DNA of 61,442 nucleotides, the filler included. It is 3 parts of 3 records of this genome, joined end to end, with 100 filler letters (N's around TTAATTAATTAA, not from the genome) between each part and the next. Parts side by side here need not be neighbours in the genome. Positions count along the whole stretch, not along the records: positions 1 to 24,520 come from SRR2962707_5494; 2 more parts are not named here. One strand, written 5' to 3'. Within the stretch, counting starts at the first letter, position 1. The number at the start of each line of letters is the position of its first letter. Below the pieces are notes generated by a model, which saw only the letters and a program-made list of their open reading frames with translations, did not search any database and was not told the DNA's origin. Positions 1 to 8,424 of this stretch are shown here, one piece after another. The position numbers were made by a program, and so were the translations under genes.

Positions 1-1
1 T

Positions 2-30
2 GTGACAGTTCGATGACAGTTCAGTGACAG
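2..30 (-). promoter_or_regulatory. Pho box (three PhoB half-sites)
   Basis: Minus strand reads CTGTCAC-TGAA-CTGTCAT-CGAA-CTGTCAC: three heptamers at 11-bp period matching the CTGTCAT-N4-CTGTCAY PhoB consensus. It points to a gene beyond the left edge. Confidence 0.8.
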
Positions 31-48
31 TCGCCGCAAAAGCGGGGA

Positions 49-1074
49 TTACTGCCATCCCGCGCGGTCGAAAATGCGCACCGCTTCGGCCTGGTTTACA
101 CCGAGCGCGCTCGCATTGATTTCGTCTTCCTTGAACTTGTCCGTACCCGGAACAGGCGATGTGTCGCTCACGCCCGGCACCGCCGTATATTCATGGTTCA
201 ACTCCGTGAAAGCGATCTGCGCCCAGTCGCCTGTCAGGAATTCGATGAACTTGATGGCGTTTTCTCTGTTCGGCGCATCCTTCAATACGCCCGCGCCGGA
301 AATGTTCACATGCGTGCCGCGATCGTTCTGGTTCGGAAAGACGAGACCCACTTTCTCTGCCGCAGCGCGCGTGTCTGCGTCGTCCGATCCGAGCATCCGC
401 CCGACGTAGTAGGTGTTCACGACCGAGATGCGGCACTCTCCCGTGCCCACCGCTTTGATGTTTGCGGTGTCGTTGCCTTGCGCGGGCCGCGCGAAATTCG
501 CAACAACGCCTTTCGCCCAGTTCTCTGCTGCTTCCTTGCCTTCATGCTCGATCACCGAAGCGAGCAGCGAGATGTTGTAGATATTGGACGAAGAGCGCAT
601 GCAGATGTCGCCCTTGTGCGACGGGTCAGCGAGATCGTCATAGGTTTCGAGTTTCTCGGGCCGGCCATCCGCCTTCGTGTAGATGATGATGCGTGCGCGC
701 TTCGACAGGCCGAACCAGAGACCGTCCGGATGCCGCAGATGTTCGGGAATGCGCGTCTCGAGAATTTCGGACGAGACCGGTGCAAACAGTTCCTTCTCTT
801 CCGCGCGCCAGAGCCGTCCGGCATCGACCGTGATGAGAAGATCGGCTGGGCTGTATTTTCCTTCGCGCTCGATCCGCGCAATCAATTCGTCGCTATCGCC
901 CTCAATGAGGTTCACCGCGATCCCCGTCTCCTCCGTGAAGCGGTCATAAAGCGAGAGATCAGTGTCGTAGTGACGGGCCGAATAGATGTTGACCTCTTTC
1001 GTCTCCGCCCGCGCGGCAAGCGCAAACGTCGCACTCATGGCGATGACGATGATGGCGGCAATCAAACGAAACAT
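49..1074 (-). CDS. fbpA: Fe(III) ABC transporter substrate-binding protein (FbpA/FutA family)
   Basis: Signal peptide; YSARHY, SPADLLITVDAGRL, VNTYY and GTHVNISGAG motifs typical of FutA/FbpA; adjacent to ATPase and permease. Confidence 0.9.
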   Translation of the reverse strand: MFRLIAAIIVIAMSATFALAARAETKEVNIYSARHYDTDLSLYDRFTEETGIAVNLIEGDSDELIARIEREGKYSPADLLITVDAGRLWRAEEKELFAPVSSEILETRIPEHLRHPDGLWFGLSKRARIIIYTKADGRPEKLETYDDLADPSHKGDICMRSSSNIYNISLLASVIEHEGKEAAENWAKGVVANFARPAQGNDTANIKAVGTGECRISVVNTYYVGRMLGSDDADTRAAAEKVGLVFPNQNDRGTHVNISGAGVLKDAPNRENAIKFIEFLTGDWAQIAFTELNHEYTAVPGVSDTSPVPGTDKFKEDEINASALGVNQAEAVRIFDRAGWQ

Positions 1075-1095
1075 CGGGAAACCTGCGGATTTTTT

Positions 1096-1116
1096 TGATA
1101 ACGACTTTCATTTGCA
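1096..1116 (-). promoter_or_regulatory. Fur-box-like iron-responsive operator upstream of fbpA
   Basis: Minus strand GCAAATGAAAGTCGTTATC matches 14/19 positions of GATAATGATAATCATTATC and sits about 20 bp upstream of the iron SBP start. Confidence 0.55.
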
Positions 1117-1171
1117 CCCTAGCGGCGGCGCGTGTGTCACGCAAGGCCGCACACAACGGGCACCCCTCCCA

Positions 1172-2212
1172 TCAGGCCGAAAAGACGAAGGTCCCCGCGG
1201 GATCGAAGCGCACAGCGACGGAAGCATCGACCGCGAGCCCGTCAAGCGCGGGTGCACGCGCGCGCAGCGGTTCGAGAGCGTTGAATGTTTCGCTCATCAG
1301 CAACACAAGCCAGTCGCGTCCGAGAAAACGGATGTCGCCGATGCGGAAATTGCTTTCCTTGCCGCTGGCCGGCGCGAGCGTCACGGCTTCGGGCCGGACG
1401 ATCACTTCCACCTTCGCACCGTCTGTGAAGCCCGTCACCGGAACGGGGCCGTATGCCGTGACCGCGACATCGCCATTGACGACGGCGGGAAAACGCTGCG
1501 CCTCGCCGAAGAGTGACGCAACAAGCGCGCTGGCGGGCTTTGCATAAAGCTCTTCCGGCGTGGCGCATTGCGCGATACGGCCGCCTTCCATCACCGCGAT
1601 GCGGTCTGCAATCTCCATTGCCTCGACGGGATCGTGCGTCACGACCAGCGTCACGACGTCGGCTTCCTTCAACGCGCGGCGCGCTTCCTCGCGCAACGCA
1701 CGGCGCCGCGTGACGTCGACGCTCGCAAAGGGTTCATCAAGCAGCATCGCTGCGGGCGAGGGTGCGAGCGCACGGGCAAGCGCGATGCGCTGCTGTTGCC
1801 CGCCCGACAAGGTGTGCGGGTAGCGCGTCTCAAAACCTGCGAGCCCAACTGACGCAAGCCGCTCCGCCACGATGGCGCGAACGTTTTCCTTCGGCCGCTT
1901 CGCGAGGCCAAAGCCGATATTCTCGGCGACCGTCAAATGCGGGAACAGCGCGTGATCCTGAAACACCATGCCGAAGGAGCGTTTTTCGGGCGGCACATCG
2001 CGTCCCGGCGCCGCGAGCACTGCGCCGCCAAGATCGATGCTGCCTTCCTGCAATGTCTCAAGCCCCGCCGCCAGGCGCAGCAGTGTCGTCTTGCCGCTGC
2101 CCGACGGTCCGAGCAAGCACAGGATCTCGCCCGGCCGCGCTTCCAGCGTCACGCCGGAAAGCACCCGATGGCCGCCATAGCTGTGTCCGACGTTCCGGAA
2201 CGCCAGGGACAT
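1172..2212 (-). CDS. fbpC: Fe(III) ABC transporter ATP-binding protein
   Basis: Walker A GPSGSGKT, signature LSGGQQQR, Walker B LLDEPF. Start set at MSLAFRNV (2212), which follows a GAGGTG RBS. Confidence 0.88.
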   Translation of the reverse strand: MSLAFRNVGHSYGGHRVLSGVTLEARPGEILCLLGPSGSGKTTLLRLAAGLETLQEGSIDLGGAVLAAPGRDVPPEKRSFGMVFQDHALFPHLTVAENIGFGLAKRPKENVRAIVAERLASVGLAGFETRYPHTLSGGQQQRIALARALAPSPAAMLLDEPFASVDVTRRRALREEARRALKEADVVTLVVTHDPVEAMEIADRIAVMEGGRIAQCATPEELYAKPASALVASLFGEAQRFPAVVNGDVAVTAYGPVPVTGFTDGAKVEVIVRPEAVTLAPASGKESNFRIGDIRFLGRDWLVLLMSETFNALEPLRARAPALDGLAVDASVAVRFDPAGTFVFSA

Positions 2213-2307
2213 GAAAAACACCTCGCCGGGCAGGGCTTTGCAGAGCTTCTGCAAATGCGTAGCAAAATTACTTTGCCGCCTCGCGCGGTATTTGTCACAA
2301 CTGCGCC

Positions 2308-4023
2308 ATGTCAGTCACGGAAAAAGATCGGTTTCCCCCCGTGCCCGCGTTCGGGGGCCGCGCACGGCCGCGCCTCGGTTCGGGCTGGGCGATTGCCGCG
2401 CTTGCCGTCGCCGCCGTGCTTCTGCTGCCGTCCCTCACCGTGCTCTGGAGCCTGACCGCACCGGCGAGCGAGAACTGGGCGCATCTCGGTTCGACCGTGC
2501 TGCCGGGCTACATCCTCAACACGCTAAAGTTGATGGCGCTTGTCGCGCTCATGACGGCGATTGTCGGCGTCGGCACCGCATGGCTGACCGTGACCGCTGT
2601 CTTTCCCGGCCGCGCCATCATGAGCTGGGCGCTGGTGCTGCCGCTTGCGACCCCCGGCTACATCGTCGCCTATGTCTATACCGACCTGCTTTCCTTCGCG
2701 GGGCCCGTTCAATCGGCGCTGCGCGGCGTGACGGGCTGGGGCGCGGGCGACTATTACTTTCCGTCTGTCCGTTCGTTGCCCGGCGCGGCGATCATGCTGA
2801 GCCTTGTTCTTTACCCTTACGTCTACCTCCTCGCGCGCGCTGCCTTTCTGCGGCAGTCGGCGGCACTGTTCGACGCCGCGCGCAATCTCGGCGCAAAGCC
2901 ATGGCGCGCTTTTCTCCGTGTCGCACTCCCTTGCGCGCGCCCGGCCATTGCAGGCGGGCTCGCTCTTGTGCTGATGGAAACGATTTCCGATTTCGGCGTG
3001 GTCGACTATTTCGCCGTACAGACGCTCACCACCGGAATCTTCCGCACCTGGTTCAGCCTCGGCGATCCGGTATCGGCAGCGCAGATCGCCGCATGGCTTT
3101 TCATCTTCGCCATCGCTCTCGTTTTCATCGAGATGGCGAGCCGCCGGGGCCGCGTCGCCAATCCGCTTAGCCGCGACATGCCCTCGCAGCCGCGACGCCT
3201 TGCCGGTCTCGCAGCCGCGGGCGCGCTTCTCGCCTGCGCGCTGCCTATCCTTCTCGGCTTCGTCGTCCCGGCCGCCGTGCTGCTCCGCTACGCGATCATC
3301 GAGGGCGATCCGCTGCTCGGCCGCAGTTTTCTCGACTTCGCGTGGAACAGTCTTACGGTCGCTGCCACCGCCGCCATCATCGCGACGATACTGGCGCTGC
3401 TGCTGGCCTATGGCGAGCGGCTGCATCCCACAAAGTTCAACCGCGTTTCAATACGGCTCGCCACGCTTGGCTACGCGTTGCCCGGCGCGATGATCGCCAT
3501 CGGCATCCTCACGCTCTCCGCGAATATCGACCACCTGTTCGCCGACGCGCTGAGCGACAGGCTCGGCATATCGCCAGGCCTCATCCTCACCGGCTCCGTC
3601 GCCGGTCTCGTTTTCGCCTATGTGGCGCGGTTTCTCACCGCCGCCTACAATGCTGCGCATAGCGGCCTTGAGAAAATCCATCCGACGCTCGATGCCGCCG
3701 CGCGCAGCCTCGGCGCGGGGCCGCGCCGCGTGCTCGCCGCCGTCCACCTTCCGCTGCTGCGCGGTGCGCTCGCAAGCGCGGCCCTCATCGTCTTCATCGA
3801 CGTGATGAAGGAACTGCCTGCGACCTTGCTGCTGCGTCCCTTCAACTTCGAGACGCTGGCGACACGCACTTACCGCCTCGCCTCAGACGAGCGGCTCGCG
3901 GAAGCGAGCACGGCCGCGCTTGCCATCGTCGCCCTCGGCATCATCCCGACAATCCTGCTCGGCTTTTCCCTATCGAGGACGACTACGCGGGAAGCGCTTG
4001 CGCCGCCCAACACGGAAAAGTGA
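2308..4023 (+). CDS. fbpB: Fe(III) ABC transporter permease (duplicated TM domain)
   Basis: Two EAA-type loops (FDAARNLGA, LDAAARSLGA), YPYVYL and MKELPATLLLRPFNF motifs; divergent from fbpC. Confidence 0.88.
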   Translation: MSVTEKDRFPPVPAFGGRARPRLGSGWAIAALAVAAVLLLPSLTVLWSLTAPASENWAHLGSTVLPGYILNTLKLMALVALMTAIVGVGTAWLTVTAVFPGRAIMSWALVLPLATPGYIVAYVYTDLLSFAGPVQSALRGVTGWGAGDYYFPSVRSLPGAAIMLSLVLYPYVYLLARAAFLRQSAALFDAARNLGAKPWRAFLRVALPCARPAIAGGLALVLMETISDFGVVDYFAVQTLTTGIFRTWFSLGDPVSAAQIAAWLFIFAIALVFIEMASRRGRVANPLSRDMPSQPRRLAGLAAAGALLACALPILLGFVVPAAVLLRYAIIEGDPLLGRSFLDFAWNSLTVAATAAIIATILALLLAYGERLHPTKFNRVSIRLATLGYALPGAMIAIGILTLSANIDHLFADALSDRLGISPGLILTGSVAGLVFAYVARFLTAAYNAAHSGLEKIHPTLDAAARSLGAGPRRVLAAVHLPLLRGALASAALIVFIDVMKELPATLLLRPFNFETLATRTYRLASDERLAEASTAALAIVALGIIPTILLGFSLSRTTTREALAPPNTEK

Positions 4024-4161
4024 GCGTTCAGGCATCTTGAAGACACCGGGGATGCCCGAATTCGGCGGACCAAAGCCGAAACACACGCTATTGTCATAAA
4101 ATCATCGAAAGACAGGGCGACTATCGCCCGTTTGCAACCGGCCCCTGTCCACGGAGACCCC

Positions 4162-5220
4162 ATGCGCCTACCTGTTCTTGTTCTGGCTGCGAGTATCGGC
4201 TTCTCGGCGACTGCCTGGGCGCAGGAGAAACCCCAGAACGTGATCGTGGCGCGGGCGATCACCGACCGCTTCGTCGACCGCGTGGAAGCGCTGGGCACGA
4301 CGTTCTCCAATGAAAGCGTCGTCATCACGGCGAGCGTTTCGGACAAGATCACGGAGATACTTTTCGAAGACGGTCAGATCGTTGAGGAAGACGCGCTTCT
4401 CGTCGTCCTCCGCCGCGACGAACAGCGCGCCGCTCTTGCCGCGTCCGAGGCGGTGCTTGCCGAGCGCCGCACCGCCTATCAGCGCGCGAAGGAACTTGAA
4501 AGCCGGCAATACACGGCGACGGCACAGCTGGAGGAACGGCTCGCCGCGCTTCGCGAGGCGGAAGCCAATCGCGACGGCGCCGCCGCCCGCCTTGCCGACC
4601 GCGAAATACGCGCGCCTTTCGAAGGCGTTGTCGGTTTGCGCAATATCAGCGTCGGCACGCTCGTCACACCGGGCGATACGATCACCACGCTCGACGATCT
4701 CGACCCGATCAAGCTCGACTTCACGGTACCCGCCGCCTATCTCTCGACGATCCGGCCCGGCCTCGAAACCGTCGCAACGACGACCGCTCTGCCCGACCTC
4801 GAATTTCGCGGCAAGGTCCACAGCGTTTCGACGCAGGTCGACCGCGTCACGCGGTCGATCACCGCCCGCGCCCTGATCGACAACCCGGATCATGCGCTGA
4901 AGCCCGGCCTCCTTATGACGGTGCAGCTTCTGAAGAATCCGCGCAACGCCATTGTCATCCCCGAAGAGGCTCTCGTCCCTCTCGGCGAAACCAATTTCGT
5001 TTTTATTGTCGAAGGCGACACGGCGACGCGGCGCGAGGTCAAGACCGGTGCGCGGCGGCCCGGAGACGTTGAAATTCTGAGCGGTATTCAGGAAGGCGAT
5101 CTCGTTGTTACGCATGGCACGATGCGGCTTCGCGACGGGCAGACCGTCAACATCGTGGAAGAGCAGAAAACCGGACGCACCATCGGCCGGCTGATCGACG
5201 AAACCTCGACCGTTCGCTAG
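4162..5220 (+). CDS. RND efflux periplasmic adaptor (MFP)
   Basis: Signal peptide, IRAPFEGVVG motif, alpha-hairpin; directly upstream of an RND pump. ATG 4162 follows GGAG. Confidence 0.9.
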   Translation: MRLPVLVLAASIGFSATAWAQEKPQNVIVARAITDRFVDRVEALGTTFSNESVVITASVSDKITEILFEDGQIVEEDALLVVLRRDEQRAALAASEAVLAERRTAYQRAKELESRQYTATAQLEERLAALREAEANRDGAAARLADREIRAPFEGVVGLRNISVGTLVTPGDTITTLDDLDPIKLDFTVPAAYLSTIRPGLETVATTTALPDLEFRGKVHSVSTQVDRVTRSITARALIDNPDHALKPGLLMTVQLLKNPRNAIVIPEEALVPLGETNFVFIVEGDTATRREVKTGARRPGDVEILSGIQEGDLVVTHGTMRLRDGQTVNIVEEQKTGRTIGRLIDETSTVR

Positions 5221-5235
5221 AGGAGAGGAAAGCGA

Positions 5236-8200
5236 ATGAAGCTTTCGGACGTCTCCGTTACAAGACCTGTCTTCGCGGCTGTCGTCAGCCTGCTTCTCGT
5301 CGCGTTCGGCCTTGTCGCCTTCGACCGGCTGCCCTTGCGTGAATATCCGGACATCGATCCACCTGTGGTTTCGATCACGACCGATTATCGCGGCGCTGCG
5401 GCCGCCGTGATCGAGACGCGCATCACCGAACCGATCGAGGAGCGCATCGCCGGCATCGAAGGCATCGCCTTCATGGAGTCCTCAAGTTCGGATGGCCGCT
5501 CGCGCATCACCATCGAATTCAACCCCGGCCGCGACGTCGATGCGGCGGCAAATGATATCCGCGACCGCGTGTCCGGCATCGTGGACGACCTGCCGACGGA
5601 AGCGGACCCGCCCGATATCCGCAAGGAAGATTCGAGCGACGACGTCATCATGTGGCTCAATCTCGTCAGCGACCGCATGAGCGTGCTAGAAATGACGGAT
5701 TATGCGGAGCGTCATATCGTCGACCGTTTCTCCACACTGGACGGCGTCGCGCGCGTGCGCCTCAGCGGCGAGCGGAGCTACGCCATGCGCGTCTGGCTCG
5801 ACCGGACAGCCCTTGCCGCGCGGCAGCTCACCGTCGGCGACGTTGAAGAAGCGCTCCTCGCCGAGAACATCGAACTGCCGGCCGGTAACATCGAATCCTC
5901 GCAGCGCCAGTTTACGGCGCGCGTCGAGCGCAGCTTCCGCACCGAGATGGACTTCCGGCAGCTCGTGCTTTCCCAAGGTGGCGACGGCTATCTGGTAAGG
6001 CTTGGCGACGTTGCGCGCGTCGAGCGCATGGCGGCGGAAGATCGCACCTCTTTTCGCGGCAATACCGTGCCGATGATCGGCGTCGGCATCATCAAACAGT
6101 CGACGGCGAATACGCTCAATGTCACCCAAGCCGTGAAGGCGGAAGCGGCGCGGCTCGCACCGACGCTGCCCGAAGGCATGGAGTTCAAGCAGAGCTACGA
6201 CACGAGCGTTTTCATCGAGGGCGCGATCGGCGAGGTCTACAAAACGCTTGGTATCGCCATCGCGCTTGTCGTGCTGACGATCTTCATATTTCTCGGCAGC
6301 GCGCGGGCGACGCTGGTTCCCGCCGTCACCGTTCCCGTCTCGATCATCGCGACCTTCCTCGTCCTTTATGTGCTCGGCTTCTCCGTCAATCTGCTGACGC
6401 TGCTCGCTCTCGTGCTCGCCATCGGCCTCGTTGTCGACGACACAATCGTCGTTCTCGAGAACATCTATCGCCGCATGGAAGAAGGTGCGACACCGCTTGT
6501 CGCTGCCTATCGCGGCGCCCGGCAGGTCGGCTTTGCCGTCATCGCAACGACCATCGTGCTGATTTCGGTGTTCGTGCCGCTTGCCTTCATCGAGGGATCG
6601 GTCGGCAGGCTCTTTTCAGAGTTCGCGATCACCATGGCGGCGGCGGTTGCCTTTTCCAGCCTCGTCGCGCTCAGCCTTTCGCCGATGCTGGCCTCCAAGG
6701 TGCTGAAGCCGACATCGAACCGCACGAAGCTCAATATTGCGGTCGACAATGCCTTCGAGCGAACCAAAGACTGGTACGCATCGGCACTCGAGAGAACATT
6801 GCAGCGCCCGGCCGCAGCCTTCGGCGCCCTCGGCTTGCTCGCCGTCGCGGCCTATGGGCTTTTCCTCATCATTCCTTCCGAATATGCACCAAAGGAAGAT
6901 CGCGGCGCCTTCTTCGTGATGGTGAATGCGCCGGAGGGTTCGTCCTACGACTACATCAAGACCTATATGGACGAGATCGAGAAGCGGATGATGCCGCTTG
7001 TCGAGAATGGCGAGATCAGCCGTCTGCTTGTTCGTGCACCACGCTCCTTCGGCACCGCGGCGAGCTTCAACAATGGCATTGCAATAGCCGTTCTCAGCGA
7101 CTGGAGCGAGCGGCGCTCCGCTTGGGAAATCATGGACGACGTGAAAGCGCGAACGGCCGACCTGCCGGGCGTCACCACGTCGCCCGTCATGCGCAGCGGC
7201 TTCGGAGGCGGCACCTCAAAGCCGGTTCAGTTCGTCATTGGTGGCGGCACTTATGACGAGTTGCGCGACTGGCGCGACACGCTTCTCGCCGCCATCGATG
7301 AGGACAATCCGGGGCTCACCAATATCGACAACGACTACAAGGAAACGAATCCGCAGTTGCGCGTGGAGATAGACCGCAACAGCGCTGGCGATCTGGGTGT
7401 CACCGTCGGCAATATCGGGCGCACGCTGGAAACCATATTCGGGTCGCGTCGTGTCACCACCTTCATCGACGACGGCGAGGAATACGACGTCATCCTGGAA
7501 GGCGAACGCTCTTCCCAGCGCACGCCGAGCGACATGAGCAATCTGTTCGTTCGCTCCGAACGATCGGGTGAGCTCATACCTCTCGCCAATCTCGTCAAAG
7601 TAAGCGAGATCGCGGGGCCCTCGAGCCTCAACCGCTATAACAGGGTGCGCGCCATCACCATCGAAGCCGACCTCGAAGACGGCTATACGCTCGGCGAGGC
7701 GCTCGACTATCTCGAAACGCTAACGCGCGAGAAGCTGCCCTCCGGCGTCACCATCGACTATCGCGGGCAGTCGCTCGACTTCGAGAATTCCGGGAGCGCG
7801 CTCGCCTTCATTTTCGTGCTCGGCATCGTCGTCGTGTTCCTTGTCCTGGCGGCACAGTTCGAGAGCTTCATTCACCCGCTCGTTATCATCACGACCGTTC
7901 CGCTCGCCATTGCAGGCGGACTTTTCGGCATCTGGGTCGCGGGCGGCACGATCAATCTCTACACGCAGATCGGTCTCATCATGCTGGTCGGCCTCGCGGC
8001 GAAGAACGGCATCCTGATTGTCGAATTCGCGAACCAGTTGCGCGACGAGGGCCGCGAGTTCCGCGCGGCCCTGATCGAGGCATCCGGCATTCGCCTCCGG
8101 CCCATCCTGATGACGGCGATCACGACGGTGGCGGGCGCCGTACCGCTCATCCTGTCGTTCGGCGCCGGGGCGGAAACCCGCATCGCCATCGGTGTCGTGA

Positions 8201-8376
8201 TTTTTTCCGGCGTGATCGCGACTACGGCATTCACCCTCTTTGTGGTTCCCGTCGCCTATCAGGCGCTCGCGCGCGGCACCGGCTCGCCGAGCGACACCCA
8301 GCGGAAGCTCGACGAGGAAATAGCCGATGTCGACAAGGGCGGGCTCCGGCCGAGGCCCATGGAAGGCGCGGAATAG
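5236..8376 (+). CDS. RND efflux permease (AcrB/AcrD/AcrF family)
   Basis: 1046 aa; GLVVDD, AKNGILIVEFA and RLRPILMT motifs. Confidence 0.95.
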   Translation: MKLSDVSVTRPVFAAVVSLLLVAFGLVAFDRLPLREYPDIDPPVVSITTDYRGAAAAVIETRITEPIEERIAGIEGIAFMESSSSDGRSRITIEFNPGRDVDAAANDIRDRVSGIVDDLPTEADPPDIRKEDSSDDVIMWLNLVSDRMSVLEMTDYAERHIVDRFSTLDGVARVRLSGERSYAMRVWLDRTALAARQLTVGDVEEALLAENIELPAGNIESSQRQFTARVERSFRTEMDFRQLVLSQGGDGYLVRLGDVARVERMAAEDRTSFRGNTVPMIGVGIIKQSTANTLNVTQAVKAEAARLAPTLPEGMEFKQSYDTSVFIEGAIGEVYKTLGIAIALVVLTIFIFLGSARATLVPAVTVPVSIIATFLVLYVLGFSVNLLTLLALVLAIGLVVDDTIVVLENIYRRMEEGATPLVAAYRGARQVGFAVIATTIVLISVFVPLAFIEGSVGRLFSEFAITMAAAVAFSSLVALSLSPMLASKVLKPTSNRTKLNIAVDNAFERTKDWYASALERTLQRPAAAFGALGLLAVAAYGLFLIIPSEYAPKEDRGAFFVMVNAPEGSSYDYIKTYMDEIEKRMMPLVENGEISRLLVRAPRSFGTAASFNNGIAIAVLSDWSERRSAWEIMDDVKARTADLPGVTTSPVMRSGFGGGTSKPVQFVIGGGTYDELRDWRDTLLAAIDEDNPGLTNIDNDYKETNPQLRVEIDRNSAGDLGVTVGNIGRTLETIFGSRRVTTFIDDGEEYDVILEGERSSQRTPSDMSNLFVRSERSGELIPLANLVKVSEIAGPSSLNRYNRVRAITIEADLEDGYTLGEALDYLETLTREKLPSGVTIDYRGQSLDFENSGSALAFIFVLGIVVVFLVLAAQFESFIHPLVIITTVPLAIAGGLFGIWVAGGTINLYTQIGLIMLVGLAAKNGILIVEFANQLRDEGREFRAALIEASGIRLRPILMTAITTVAGAVPLILSFGAGAETRIAIGVVIFSGVIATTAFTLFVVPVAYQALARGTGSPSDTQRKLDEEIADVDKGGLRPRPMEGAE

Positions 8377-8424
8377 AGCCCTGCCTCGCCTTGACTTCCA
8401 TTGCGGGCGAACGAAATCATTCGC

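Noticed and set aside
1-32. Short direct repeats as a possible CRISPR array or iterons
   Set aside because: The 11-bp period with 4-nt spacers fits PhoB sites; no spacers, cas genes or rep gene.
4091-4108. Possible Pho half-site TTGTCAT upstream of the first RND operon (similar at 2292)
   Set aside because: The second half-site is poor; indistinguishable from chance.
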